Assembly: GCA_964546555.1 (NCBI GenBank)
Contig: CAZJJX010000003.1
Coordinates: 13,139 to 77,138, forward strand
From: an uncultured Candidatus Saccharibacteria bacterium
GTDB lineage: Bacteria; Patescibacteriota; Minisyncoccia; Phycocordibacterales; UBA5272
DNA: 64,000 nucleotides
Direction: 5' to 3'
Under the pieces are notes generated by a model. That model was given only the letters and a program-made list of their open reading frames with translations, had not been told where the DNA came from and searched no databases. Numbering within the stretch: the stretch's first letter is position 1; the number at the start of each line of letters is the position of its first letter. Both the position numbers and the translations under genes were made by a program. This document shows, one piece after another, positions 1-8,634 of the stretch.

Positions 1-155
1 TTGCCATGGTGTATGTGTTATAGATAATAATTATAGTTTACTCTGTTTACAAAAAAATTGTTAGTCTAGTTGTTTAACAGTATCGGTAAACAGGGTGTAG
101 GTATACAGTGCATGGATGTGTACAATAGTTGTATACTATAAAAAATCTCTGAACT

Positions 156-773
156 ATGTCTATGAATTTTTATAATACATATATTTTGCCGAGGTACCTT
201 GATCTAGTTATGAACAATGAGAATCTTAAGCAGCATCGGATGGATGTTGTATCTGAGGTGAGCGGTGTTGGTCTTGAAATTGGTTTTGGGTCAGGACTAA
301 ATATGCCATATTATAAAAATATAACGAAGCTGTACGCTTTAGATACATCAAATGAGTTGCTGGCGGTGGCATGTAAAAATAATCTGGTTACTCAGATACC
401 GATTGAGTATCTTAACGCGTCAACAGAGAAGATACCACTGCCAGACAAGAGTCTTGATTTTGTTGTCTCAACATGGACGTTGTGTAGTGTTGAGCACCCA
501 GAGCTGGCTTTACGAGAGATTTTTAGAGTTCTCAAGACTGGGGGAAAGTTCTCATTTGTTGAACATGGTAAGTCTCCTGTAGTAAGTGTATCAGTGATAC
601 AAAATGTACTCACTCCACTTTCAAAAAGTCTTGCAGGGGGATGTCACCTCAATAGAGACATGGAAGCCCTTGTGGGTGATGCGTCATTTAAAATACAAGA
701 AATAAAAAAGTTTTACCAAAAGTCAAAACCACTTGGTTTTATGTATAAAGGGGTAGCTACAGTTTCGAATTAG
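156..773 (+). CDS. class I SAM-dependent methyltransferase (Methyltransf_11-like)
   Basis: 205-aa ORF. It has the SAM-binding motif I (GLEIGFGSG) and a downstream VLKTGGKF motif typical of small-molecule methyltransferases. Confidence 0.8.
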   Translation: MSMNFYNTYILPRYLDLVMNNENLKQHRMDVVSEVSGVGLEIGFGSGLNMPYYKNITKLYALDTSNELLAVACKNNLVTQIPIEYLNASTEKIPLPDKSLDFVVSTWTLCSVEHPELALREIFRVLKTGGKFSFVEHGKSPVVSVSVIQNVLTPLSKSLAGGCHLNRDMEALVGDASFKIQEIKKFYQKSKPLGFMYKGVATVSN

Positions 774-829
774 ATAGCGCCCACTGGTCCTGATTCTATA
801 ATTTTTTAATTATATTTTATGTTTGCGTA

Positions 830-1195
830 ATGATATACTTACAGTACATTATGTTCACGTTTCTAAAAAATATACACTACGCAAAAGCAAAGAAAAAAGC
901 TCAAAAAGAGATTTCTTACTTTATTGAATTTTTGGTATCGCACCCAGATGAGAAAGGTGATTTATTTGTGTATTTAGTAAAAAGTTTTTTTTCTGAAGGT
1001 AACAACATTGAACATATGTGGGTTCAGGTTTTTAGCTATAGTGATGGGGTGTTTGTTGGGAGATTAGCAAATGAGCCTAGACTGCTTTCTAATCTAAAAA
1101 TAAATGATGTAGTAAAGATTAAAAAAGAAGAAGTAGAGGACTTTGTGCTTTTAGATAAAATGGTGGGAGTAAAGACGGGTGGGTTTTCATTATAA
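830..1195 (+). CDS. DUF2314-like protein
   Basis: The stretch EHMWVQVFSYSDGVFVGRLANEP...NDVVKIKKEEVEDFVL resembles the DUF2314 (YegJ-like) core. The start could instead be the downstream Met at 851. Confidence 0.5.
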   Translation: MIYLQYIMFTFLKNIHYAKAKKKAQKEISYFIEFLVSHPDEKGDLFVYLVKSFFSEGNNIEHMWVQVFSYSDGVFVGRLANEPRLLSNLKINDVVKIKKEEVEDFVLLDKMVGVKTGGFSL

Positions 1196-1227
1196 TTTCA
1201 ATGGTTACTTTATTCTATACATAGCTC

Positions 1228-1731
1228 ATGAATACACAATTTTGGAAAAATAAGAGTAAGTACGAGGAGGAAACTTACGTCAGTAAACCATTTGCCGAAG
1301 ATGATATCGTGTCACTTGAAAAAGATCTTGGTTATACGCTCCCATCGTCATACAAAGATTTGATGAAAACCCAAAATGGTGGTGTGCCACACGCGACAGT
1401 ATTTACTCCACAAGATGGCTCTGCGGCAGGTGAGACACTTTATGTTAATGCGTTATTTGGTATCGGGGGCGAAAAAGACTATTCACTTAGTGGAGCATTA
1501 GGGAGTAAGCATATGATTACAGAGTGGGGGTATCCAGATATTGGTATCTATTTTGCTGATACGCCATCTGCTGGGCATGATATGTTTGTTCTTGATTATA
1601 GAAAAAATGGTAGAGATGGTGAGCCAGAAGTTGCACATGTAGATCAAGAGCGTGAATATGCGATTACTTTTTTGGCAAAGGATTTTAAAACATTCATTGA
1701 TGGCCTTACGGTGGATCCACTAGAAATGTAA
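1228..1731 (+). CDS. SMI1/KNR4 (SUKH-1) family protein, immunity-protein-like
   Basis: Has the N-terminal LEKDLGYTLPSSYKDLMKTQNGG signature of the SMI1_KNR4/SUKH fold. Size is 167 aa. Confidence 0.7.
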   Translation: MNTQFWKNKSKYEEETYVSKPFAEDDIVSLEKDLGYTLPSSYKDLMKTQNGGVPHATVFTPQDGSAAGETLYVNALFGIGGEKDYSLSGALGSKHMITEWGYPDIGIYFADTPSAGHDMFVLDYRKNGRDGEPEVAHVDQEREYAITFLAKDFKTFIDGLTVDPLEM

Positions 1732-1760
1732 CTCAAAAGAATACAACCAAACCAATTTCC

Positions 1761-2120
1761 ATGAAATCCTATAAAAATGTAGATGACTATATCAAGCAAG
1801 CGGATAAAGATAAGCAAGATCTTCTTAAGGAAGTAAGAGAGATTATTGTTACAACTGTTAAGGATTCTGAAGAAAGTGTTGCCTACGGTATGCCAGCATA
1901 TTCTTGGAAAGGAAAGCCACTTTTTTATTTCGCGGCAATGAAGGGGCATCTTGGATTGTATCCAACACCAGGGCCGATAATTACCTTGAAAGAATCACTT
2001 ACAGATTACTCTACATCAAAAGGTTGTGTGCGGGTACCATATACTACGAAGTTATCTAAGACACTCATTATGAAGTTGCTCAAAGAACGGATAAAGGAAA
2101 TAAAGAGCGGTAACCCCTAA
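1761..2120 (+). CDS. DUF1801 (YdhG-like) domain protein
   Basis: Pattern VDDYI...LLKEVREII...ESVAYGMPAYSWKGKPLFYFAAMKGHLGLYP matches the DUF1801 family. Confidence 0.7.
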   Translation: MKSYKNVDDYIKQADKDKQDLLKEVREIIVTTVKDSEESVAYGMPAYSWKGKPLFYFAAMKGHLGLYPTPGPIITLKESLTDYSTSKGCVRVPYTTKLSKTLIMKLLKERIKEIKSGNP

Positions 2121-2211
2121 GTGATCCGTAATATTGTCATTTCGTAAAAGATGTTGTATTATTTTATTTATTAAAAGGAATAAAACTTTCACTATTTTTC
2201 ACTTAGTAAGT

Positions 2212-3105
2212 ATGAAATTATCACACGCTCTTCCTTCTTCAAAAACTATAGCAACATTCTTTCTTGGTTTTGTTAGTGCTTTTGTATTCATAGCAGTATT
2301 TGGATATTTATATGGCGGTGATAGAAAAAATGAAATAAAGAAGCCTACTGTTTCATCTAATGAAGTCAACGTTTCTATCGTTCCTATATGTAAAGAGCTC
2401 TTGGATTTTTCTGTTGTCGTTGTTGATAAATATACAAAAAATACAACCGATAGACAGGTGAGGCTTTTTAATAAAGAGGGGCGTGGTATAGGTACATTTG
2501 ATGTTGAATATAATAAGTTTAATGGTAGCGATGCAAGTGCCTACTATTGTCGTTATGATAAGGATACACATCAGCTTATGATACAAACGGGCGGAGGAGA
2601 AATAGGTCTTTATAGTTCAGAGACGGTTGTCATAAATATTTCTTCAGATAGTGCTATGCTTGCTAATCGCATTATAGCATCGATCGATAATAACGGCTCA
2701 TCCTTTGTTCAAAATGGTGCCCCAAAAAGACTTACTGGACATGGACTATCGATACGAAGTAACAATCATAGTTATTTCTTAGTAGAAGAAACTGGTGTTG
2801 TGAAGGATCAAATGGTCCCAGTACGAGTAGTACTTTTTGAGGAAAAAATTGGTCTACGAGGTGCTCCATGTAACACCGTAGACGAATGTGCGCAAGTTAC
2901 AACCACACTTAGGGTCGTAAAGGATGTCACTGTTGTGTCACCAATTATTGATGAGCGCTATTATACAACAGAATTTAGCATTAAAAATAAAACGAGTAAT
3001 TCTGCAGATGTAGTTTTTGAGCTTACTGAAGAAATTATAAAAAATGGCTCACCTACAAAGTCTCCAAAACCTAAAATTATTTTTAGTCAGAAAGTAGAAT
3101 TGTAA
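2212..3105 (+). CDS. hypothetical membrane-anchored protein
   Basis: The long ORF runs 2134-3105. I chose the internal ATG at 2212 (MKLSHALPSS) because it directly precedes a single N-terminal TM helix (IATFFLGFVSAFVFIAVFGYL). No recognised domain. Confidence 0.5.
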   Translation: MKLSHALPSSKTIATFFLGFVSAFVFIAVFGYLYGGDRKNEIKKPTVSSNEVNVSIVPICKELLDFSVVVVDKYTKNTTDRQVRLFNKEGRGIGTFDVEYNKFNGSDASAYYCRYDKDTHQLMIQTGGGEIGLYSSETVVINISSDSAMLANRIIASIDNNGSSFVQNGAPKRLTGHGLSIRSNNHSYFLVEETGVVKDQMVPVRVVLFEEKIGLRGAPCNTVDECAQVTTTLRVVKDVTVVSPIIDERYYTTEFSIKNKTSNSADVVFELTEEIIKNGSPTKSPKPKIIFSQKVEL

Positions 3106-3144
3106 GTGCTCTGTGGTTATTGTTTCTTTGCAGTTTTTATATGT

Positions 3145-3513
3145 TTATCTAAAATAAAATCTACGCTCTCCCGTTTGTGTAGGCATCGCAAGGCCGATAA
3201 TTGTATCACCATCTTTGATTGGTGTCTTAATTGGGCACCCTTCCTGCGGAGGAAGCCATGAGTTGTCTTCGCCCATGATTGCGTGCATGCTACAGTGCTC
3301 TTCATCGTTATATCCCCATGCAATATAAAGATGTTTGTTGTTGTGAGAAAAAAGACCAACTGAGAGTTCTCGGCCATCACATTGAGTTTTTTTAAAAAAT
3401 TGTGCAGACACTTTATCGGTCACTGAGGAGTCATCATAAGTGATGCCAATTTTTTCTTTATAAAGGGTAAATGTAGAAAGATTAGGGAGGTTATTCATCG
3501 AAAATTTTTCCAT
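3145..3513 (-). CDS. hypothetical protein (weak SPRY-like pattern)
   Basis: 122-aa ORF in a visibly GC-richer patch. The stretch AWGYNDE...GDTIIGLAMPTQTGERRFYF loosely recalls the SPRY C-terminal pattern. This is unverified. Confidence 0.45.
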   Translation of the reverse strand: MEKFSMNNLPNLSTFTLYKEKIGITYDDSSVTDKVSAQFFKKTQCDGRELSVGLFSHNNKHLYIAWGYNDEEHCSMHAIMGEDNSWLPPQEGCPIKTPIKDGDTIIGLAMPTQTGERRFYFR

Positions 3514-3550
3514 GTAGCTAGTGTAGCATCACAAGAAACAATAAAAAACA

Positions 3551-3586
3551 ATAAAAAAGCAGGATCCCAAAAATGGAATCCTGCTT
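3551..3586 (-). terminator. rho-independent terminator
   Basis: The stem AGCAGGAT/ATCCTGCT is followed on the minus strand by TTTTTTATTGTTTTTT. It lies just downstream of the 3601-3960 gene. Confidence 0.6.
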
Positions 3587-3600
3587 GCGGAAGGGAGGTC

Positions 3601-3960
3601 TCACGCGTAGCTGCCAGCTTTTTGCTGAAAGATAGTGGAGCTACCCAGTGTCCTTTGGATAATGTTCATGAGAATCAAAAACATTCCAAGCATCAGGCAT
3701 GCAATCATCATCAACCCACCACCTTGGACGAACATCCAGTGTGTGACGGCTGTTTGCCAGGTTGTCTCTGAAATGCAAACGGGCTGGTAAAAGGCCACAA
3801 CCCACTGACCTTGCCCAATCCAGAAGTCTGCTTGACGAAGATGGTTCTGTAGATGATCGATTGGATCGATCCCGTTGTGATCGCTTGCAAAAGCAGGCAT
3901 TGCACAAAGTGCAAATACCAAACAAACCAGCAGAGAAAAAACTTGCTTCAACGTCTTCAT
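3601..3960 (-). CDS. small secreted/membrane protein, hypothetical
   Basis: An internal ATG at 3960 is preceded by an AAGGAG RBS. The N-terminus MKTLKQVFSLLVCLVFALCAMPAFA looks like a signal peptide, and there is a C-terminal hydrophobic helix. The 5-prime extension to 4119 overlaps the upstream gene and is unlikely to be real. Confidence 0.5.
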   Translation of the reverse strand: MKTLKQVFSLLVCLVFALCAMPAFASDHNGIDPIDHLQNHLRQADFWIGQGQWVVAFYQPVCISETTWQTAVTHWMFVQGGGLMMIACLMLGMFLILMNIIQRTLGSSTIFQQKAGSYA

Positions 3961-4067
3961 GATGTGCTCCTTGGAAAAGAACTTACGAACACCCAACACT
4001 ATATCTAGTATACAATGAATCTTTGAAATAAAAAGTCTCACACTGTATAAGTGCGAGACTGGATTCT

Positions 4068-4637
4068 TTAATGAATGTTTTTGTGTCGGGAGATTGCAAG
4101 TATATGGGACACCACGCACCCAAGAATTCCCCCGATAACTAGATGGTATAAAACTCCCCCACCATGTGAGTGAACTGCTCGCATAGTTTTTTGTACTTTA
4201 AGGGCTTGAGTTACTAGAGGTGAAATATTGTTTGGAATTGTATTTGGTGCTGGAACATAGTTCCACCAAAAAACTACAATGATTGAGGCGATGACCACCC
4301 CAACGAATACTACAGTGTATTCTTTATAATGTTCGTTCGCTTCAACACTCAGGAACACCAGGTCAAGAACTGCGTGTGTTCCATGGAAGATGAACTCGCT
4401 TGTAGTGTAATGGTTGCCATGGAGTGCGTGACTGTACCATTCAATGATCATATGACATACAAGAAGCACTGATGGTAAGTATCCGTGCTGTTTGTGAGCA
4501 TATACAGCAACAGCAGTACCTGCAAACATACAGCCCACTAAATACAATGAACTAAACCCAGTATTCCAAATGTGTAAAGCAAGAAACCCAGCGTACACAA
4601 AAAGAAATATCTTAAAGAACAGATTAGAATGTAACAT
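4068..4637 (-). CDS. His-rich polytopic membrane protein, hypothetical
   Basis: 189 aa with about 5 hydrophobic helices and many His residues at helix ends (HKQHG, HMIIEWYSHALHGNH, HGTH, HSHGGG). It is the last gene of the NAS-like operon. Confidence 0.55.
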   Translation of the reverse strand: MLHSNLFFKIFLFVYAGFLALHIWNTGFSSLYLVGCMFAGTAVAVYAHKQHGYLPSVLLVCHMIIEWYSHALHGNHYTTSEFIFHGTHAVLDLVFLSVEANEHYKEYTVVFVGVVIASIIVVFWWNYVPAPNTIPNNISPLVTQALKVQKTMRAVHSHGGGVLYHLVIGGILGCVVSHILAISRHKNIH

Positions 4638-4656
4638 TCATACCTCCTGTGTTTGA

Positions 4657-5274
4657 TTAGCAGGTGCAACTGACTTCACAGTCATGATCCGGAGATGTAA
4701 GAATATACTCCTTCCATTTTCCTGAAGCGCCATTCTCATGGTGACTCCACAGACTCATGAATTCTTGATCAAGACACATGTTGATAAACCTCGAGTCTTT
4801 AGCCGCGTCTTCAAGATCCGTGTTTTGATCCATGAAAGCAGGCGACTTCATATCCTTACCACCATATGTACGACGTAAGTACACGTTGATAGCATCAAAT
4901 CTTTTATGGCAAATACCGTCTACCTTACAATGATCGACAAGGTTTCTGAGAGTGCGTATTGATTTACCTGGTTCGTTTGCATATGCTAAATATTTGTAAT
5001 GTAACCAAATAAGGGGGTTCTGAAACTTCATACTCTCACCAAGCTGTTCTAATTCTTTCCTTAGTTCTCGTTTGGGGTCAAAGTTTTGCATCTTACCTTG
5101 ATTACTTCCAAAACTAAATTTAGGAGCGCTTGTTGAAATGATATCACTTTCGATCTGTGATACCAAAGACTTGTACTTTTCATATGCTTTGAGTAGTAAA
5201 TCAACTTCCTGAGTTGTATAGTTCAGGAGTTTTTCTTTTGAATCGACTTGTTCCATGGTTTGTCCTTTAAACAT
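4657..5274 (-). CDS. hypothetical soluble protein with C-terminal Cys cluster
   Basis: 205 aa with no family I recognise. The C-terminus reads SPDHDCEVSCTC. It is tightly packed between the NAS-like gene and the His-rich membrane protein. Confidence 0.55.
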   Translation of the reverse strand: MFKGQTMEQVDSKEKLLNYTTQEVDLLLKAYEKYKSLVSQIESDIISTSAPKFSFGSNQGKMQNFDPKRELRKELEQLGESMKFQNPLIWLHYKYLAYANEPGKSIRTLRNLVDHCKVDGICHKRFDAINVYLRRTYGGKDMKSPAFMDQNTDLEDAAKDSRFINMCLDQEFMSLWSHHENGASGKWKEYILTSPDHDCEVSCTC

Positions 5275-5299
5275 TTGTTGATTTTTATCTTACAAAAAA

Positions 5300-6058
5300 C
5301 TATGTCTTTTGTAAGATAAAAAATGAATTGATAATTGAGTTATAAGGTCGTACTTCTAGAACAGGTTGCACTTCTTTAAGGAGTTCTTTTGCGATAGGGG
5401 TATAGAGGAGTTTGCGGGTTCCATGGGATGATCTGCAGAGAAGAATTTTCCCTGGCTGTAACATACTGTGGATGAGGCTAATGATCTTAGTCTTTGTTTT
5501 TTCATTTTGCCCAACCATTGCAGCAAGGTAGATGACGTTATATTTATTATAGTCAGTGTACATGTGTGTGTCGATATTAAGCACTTTGATTGCCTGAGAA
5601 AGTCCTAATTTTTTAATTAAAGAAACTGATGTTGCGTAACTGCTTGCATCCTTTTCTATTATTGTGCACCGTAGGTTATATTTTTTGCAAAGGAATATTG
5701 CAGTTAATGGGAGTGGACCTCCTCCTACGAATAACACACTGCGTATTTTTTTATAAAGACATGCTAAGTTCGTATACTCAAGGTCTACTAGTTGTTCGTA
5801 GTTTTTGTAGTACCAGAATTTTTCTAGCTCTTTATTTGGATTTTCGGATGCCAGTATTTTATTTGCCCAATAGACTTCCATTTCATATTCGGCAATCGAG
5901 GATAGTTCTCGTAGTTTTTTTATCTGGTGTTGCTTTAAGTTTATTTCTTTATTGTTGCTACAGTATGCAACTAAGTCTGAAAACGCATCATTCGTTTTCA
6001 TAGATGGCTTAAGTGTGTCTAGTTTTAAAATTCTATCAAATATCTTTACGTCTTCCAT
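5300..6058 (-). CDS. nicotianamine synthase (NAS/CntL)-like enzyme
   Basis: Several stretches match NAS-family hallmarks as I recall them. These are FWYYKNYEQLVDLE (FPYYxNYxxLxxLE), VLFVGGGPLPLTAIFL (VAFVGSGPLPLTS), VIYLAAMVGQNEKTK (VFLAALVGM..EEK), LLCRSSHGTRKLLYTPI (RSAHGARAFLYPVV) and INSFFILQK. Confidence 0.8.
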   Translation of the reverse strand: MEDVKIFDRILKLDTLKPSMKTNDAFSDLVAYCSNNKEINLKQHQIKKLRELSSIAEYEMEVYWANKILASENPNKELEKFWYYKNYEQLVDLEYTNLACLYKKIRSVLFVGGGPLPLTAIFLCKKYNLRCTIIEKDASSYATSVSLIKKLGLSQAIKVLNIDTHMYTDYNKYNVIYLAAMVGQNEKTKTKIISLIHSMLQPGKILLCRSSHGTRKLLYTPIAKELLKEVQPVLEVRPYNSIINSFFILQKT

Positions 6059-6067
6059 ATGTAGCTG

Positions 6068-6904
6068 CTAAATATCAGGTAGGCCTCTTTTCATCTCTTG
6101 AAAATCTTTGATTGTTGAAAGGTTGCCACGCTTGTTTAGTTTCTTAACTTTCTCAAGTATAGAAATCATGTTTTGTTTTGTGGTATCGTTTATATTCGTA
6201 TAGTCATAATTCATAATCTTTTGGTCAAACGGAACCTCGCCTAAAATTTTCTCAGTATTTTTTGATACAAAATCTTTGTAGAAATCATTGTCGGTTGGCT
6301 TATTAATGACTGCAAAACACGGGATAAAAGATTTGCGACAAATGTCCTGGATTTGTTCAAAGACTTTTATACTATTGCGGTGAGGTTCTACAACTCCAAT
6401 CACTGCATCGATACCTGCGTAGAGTCCGTAGTTAAGCATGTCGGCACCAGCAACACTGTCTATCACAACGAAGTTATCTTTCTCTTCGAGTAATCCAAGG
6501 TAATATTTTAGTGGCCCCGAAAGACCGTGAGCACACTTGCCAGAAAACATAACATCAGGTGAACCAAGACCGATATTAATAAGTGATAGATTTTTTGAAA
6601 CAGGAGTTGTGATTGATTGGGTATATGTATCGAGCGGGTCGAGTGTAAACGAAGGAAGTGATGATGCGTCTTTATCAAGTACGCCACTTACTTTTGTTAC
6701 TTGTGTGTGTTCCATGAACTCTCTTTCTGTTTTGTGCATAAGAGGGGTCTTTTCTGGATTAAGACCAAGGTTACTCGTTAAGTCCATGTTATGGTCAGCA
6801 TCCACAGCAAGCACAGTAGAACCCATGTCTTCAAGGGTTTTTATAGCAAGCCATGATACTGAGCTCTTCCCGCTCCCGCCTTTTCCAACAAATGCGATTT
6901 TCAT
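6068..6904 (-). CDS. CooC/MinD-superfamily P-loop NTPase (metallochaperone-like)
   Basis: Has the deviant Walker A motif MKIAFVGKGGSGKSS and a VLAVDADHNMDL segment. The CooC-like metal motif region reads GKCAHG (Cys-x-His) rather than Cys-x-Cys. Confidence 0.7.
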   Translation of the reverse strand: MKIAFVGKGGSGKSSVSWLAIKTLEDMGSTVLAVDADHNMDLTSNLGLNPEKTPLMHKTEREFMEHTQVTKVSGVLDKDASSLPSFTLDPLDTYTQSITTPVSKNLSLINIGLGSPDVMFSGKCAHGLSGPLKYYLGLLEEKDNFVVIDSVAGADMLNYGLYAGIDAVIGVVEPHRNSIKVFEQIQDICRKSFIPCFAVINKPTDNDFYKDFVSKNTEKILGEVPFDQKIMNYDYTNINDTTKQNMISILEKVKKLNKRGNLSTIKDFQEMKRGLPDI

Positions 6905-6943
6905 AATAGTAATGCAACGTAGTTGCGTATAACTCTATACTAC

Positions 6944-6966
6944 AATGTAATGATTATTATTGCAAT
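6944..6966. promoter_or_regulatory. candidate Fur/Zur-box in divergent promoter
   Basis: The AT-rich segment AATGTAATGATTATTATTGCAAT resembles Fur-box hexamer arrays. The 94-bp intergenic region also carries three (A)ATGCAAC motifs, one inside the inverted repeat GCAACGTAGTTGC. Confidence 0.3.
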
Positions 6967-6997
6967 AGAGTTGCGTTAGTGATATACTAATGCAACT

Positions 6998-7429
6998 ATG
7001 GTGCAACAAGATTTTGAAGCAGAAACAAAAATCCTCAAAGATTCTGGTTTTCGGGTAACGAAAGGAAGAGTTGTGTTACTTAGTATTTTACGAAGTACTC
7101 ATTCGCCATTTACTGCCAATGAGCTTCATAAAAAACTGCAAGGTAAAATAGACAAGGTAACATTGTATCGCGCTCTTGAAGATTTTGTTGAAGTAAATAT
7201 TGTCACTAAGGTTAATCTCATGGAAGGTGTGATGCATTATGAATTCTCGCACCACGACCATCACCATCATCACATTGTGTGCGAGAAGTGTGGGAAGATA
7301 GAGGATATAGAAAGTTGCGATCAGAAGAGACTTCAAAAAGAGACACTCACCCATTCTCAATATTTCAAGATTATTAATTCTCACTCACTGGAATTTTTTG
7401 GAATTTGTAATGCTTGTAGTAAAAAATAA
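6998..7429 (+). CDS. Fur-family metalloregulator (Fur/Zur/PerR type)
   Basis: Contains a winged-helix segment (RVTKGRVVLLSIL...FTANELHKKL...VTLYRALEDFVE), a His run (HHDHHHHH) and two CxxC pairs (CEKCGK, CNAC). Confidence 0.85.
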   Translation: MVQQDFEAETKILKDSGFRVTKGRVVLLSILRSTHSPFTANELHKKLQGKIDKVTLYRALEDFVEVNIVTKVNLMEGVMHYEFSHHDHHHHHIVCEKCGKIEDIESCDQKRLQKETLTHSQYFKIINSHSLEFFGICNACSKK

Positions 7430-7485
7430 TCCCATGATACAACAGTATAAGTACCCTACACTAACTAATTGCTATACTCACTAGT

Positions 7486-8610
7486 ATGTTACGAAGAATA
7501 TTGATAGTAATAAGTATATTTTTTTCATGGAGTGCATGTGCTTTTGCGCAAACCTCTACTCTTATTACTGATGTTGAGGTATTTGAAAAGGCGATTGTGG
7601 AGAAAGTAAGTAGTACAACTGTTACAACGATACCAGGATTCGACACGCAGTCACCGTCACAAATGGTAACTGTTAAAATTATTGAAGGAAATAACAAAGG
7701 TAAGACGACAACATTTAAAAATGATTATGTGCAAGTTAATGAAGGAGATAAAGTGTATGTAAGACATCTCATACATCATGCAGATGGTGTAGAAACATGG
7801 TCTATGGCTGACCCGTATCGCTTAGATGTAATTTTCTGGTTAATGATTACTTTTGTGGTGCTGATTTTTATATTTGGTGGCGTGCAAGGTGTTCGGGGTC
7901 TTGCTAGTTTGGTCGGGAGTATCGGTCTATTATTTTATGTTCTTATTCCTGGAATATACGGTGGGTACAATGCAGTTATGGTGAGTATCGGAGTTGCTTC
8001 ACTCATTATCATTGTTGGTTCATATATTACACATGGCTTTAATCGCACGACATCATCTGCTGTTCTTGGAATGATAGCTACTGTTATTATTACAGGTCTC
8101 GGTGCGTACTATGTTGTTGATGTTGCAAAATTAAGTGGGTACAGTTCTGATGAAAGTATGTTTCTTAATTTAAATGCACGAGGTGCTATTGATATGGTCG
8201 GACTACTATTTGGTGGAATTATGATTGGTCTTCTTGGTGTGCTTTATGATAGTGCTATCGGGCAGGCAGTTGCGATAGAGGAGTTATATAGAGCAGGAAA
8301 ACATCTCACACGTGTAGAGGTATATAAGCGGGGCATAAGGATTGGTCGTGAGCATATTGGTGCACTTGTTAACACACTTGCGATTGCATATGTTGGTGCG
8401 TCGCTCCCATTATTTTTACTTGTTCAAAATGCAACGACTGGTGTGCTGTTTATTATTAACAGTGAGACATTTGCAACTGAGATAGTCCGTATCCTTATTG
8501 GAAGTATTGGCCTTATACTTGCTGTGCCGATTACTACACTTATTGCTTCTTATATGTTACACGGTAGAGTTACAGATTCGGGAGGTGGTGCGCATCATCA
8601 TGTGCACTAG
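7486..8610 (+). CDS. YibE/F-like integral membrane protein
   Basis: Has a signal peptide, an extracytoplasmic N-domain, and then about 6 TM helices with the YibE/F-like layout. The C-terminal tail is His-rich (GGGAHHHVH). Confidence 0.6.
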   Translation: MLRRILIVISIFFSWSACAFAQTSTLITDVEVFEKAIVEKVSSTTVTTIPGFDTQSPSQMVTVKIIEGNNKGKTTTFKNDYVQVNEGDKVYVRHLIHHADGVETWSMADPYRLDVIFWLMITFVVLIFIFGGVQGVRGLASLVGSIGLLFYVLIPGIYGGYNAVMVSIGVASLIIIVGSYITHGFNRTTSSAVLGMIATVIITGLGAYYVVDVAKLSGYSSDESMFLNLNARGAIDMVGLLFGGIMIGLLGVLYDSAIGQAVAIEELYRAGKHLTRVEVYKRGIRIGREHIGALVNTLAIAYVGASLPLFLLVQNATTGVLFIINSETFATEIVRILIGSIGLILAVPITTLIASYMLHGRVTDSGGGAHHHVH

Positions 8611-8634
8611 GTGGTACAACAGAAGAATGAGTGA

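Noticed and set aside
3641-3962. Three overlapping ORFs (3641-3925 minus, 3711-3914 minus, 3762-3962 plus)
   Set aside because: They overlap the better-supported signal-peptide ORF 3601-3960, which has an RBS and a terminator. Multiple open frames are expected in a GC-richer patch.
5629-6932. Plus-strand ORFs 5629-6003 and 6537-6932 antisense to the NAS-like and CooC-like genes
   Set aside because: They overlap better-supported minus-strand genes with clear family motifs. They have no RBS or domain signal.
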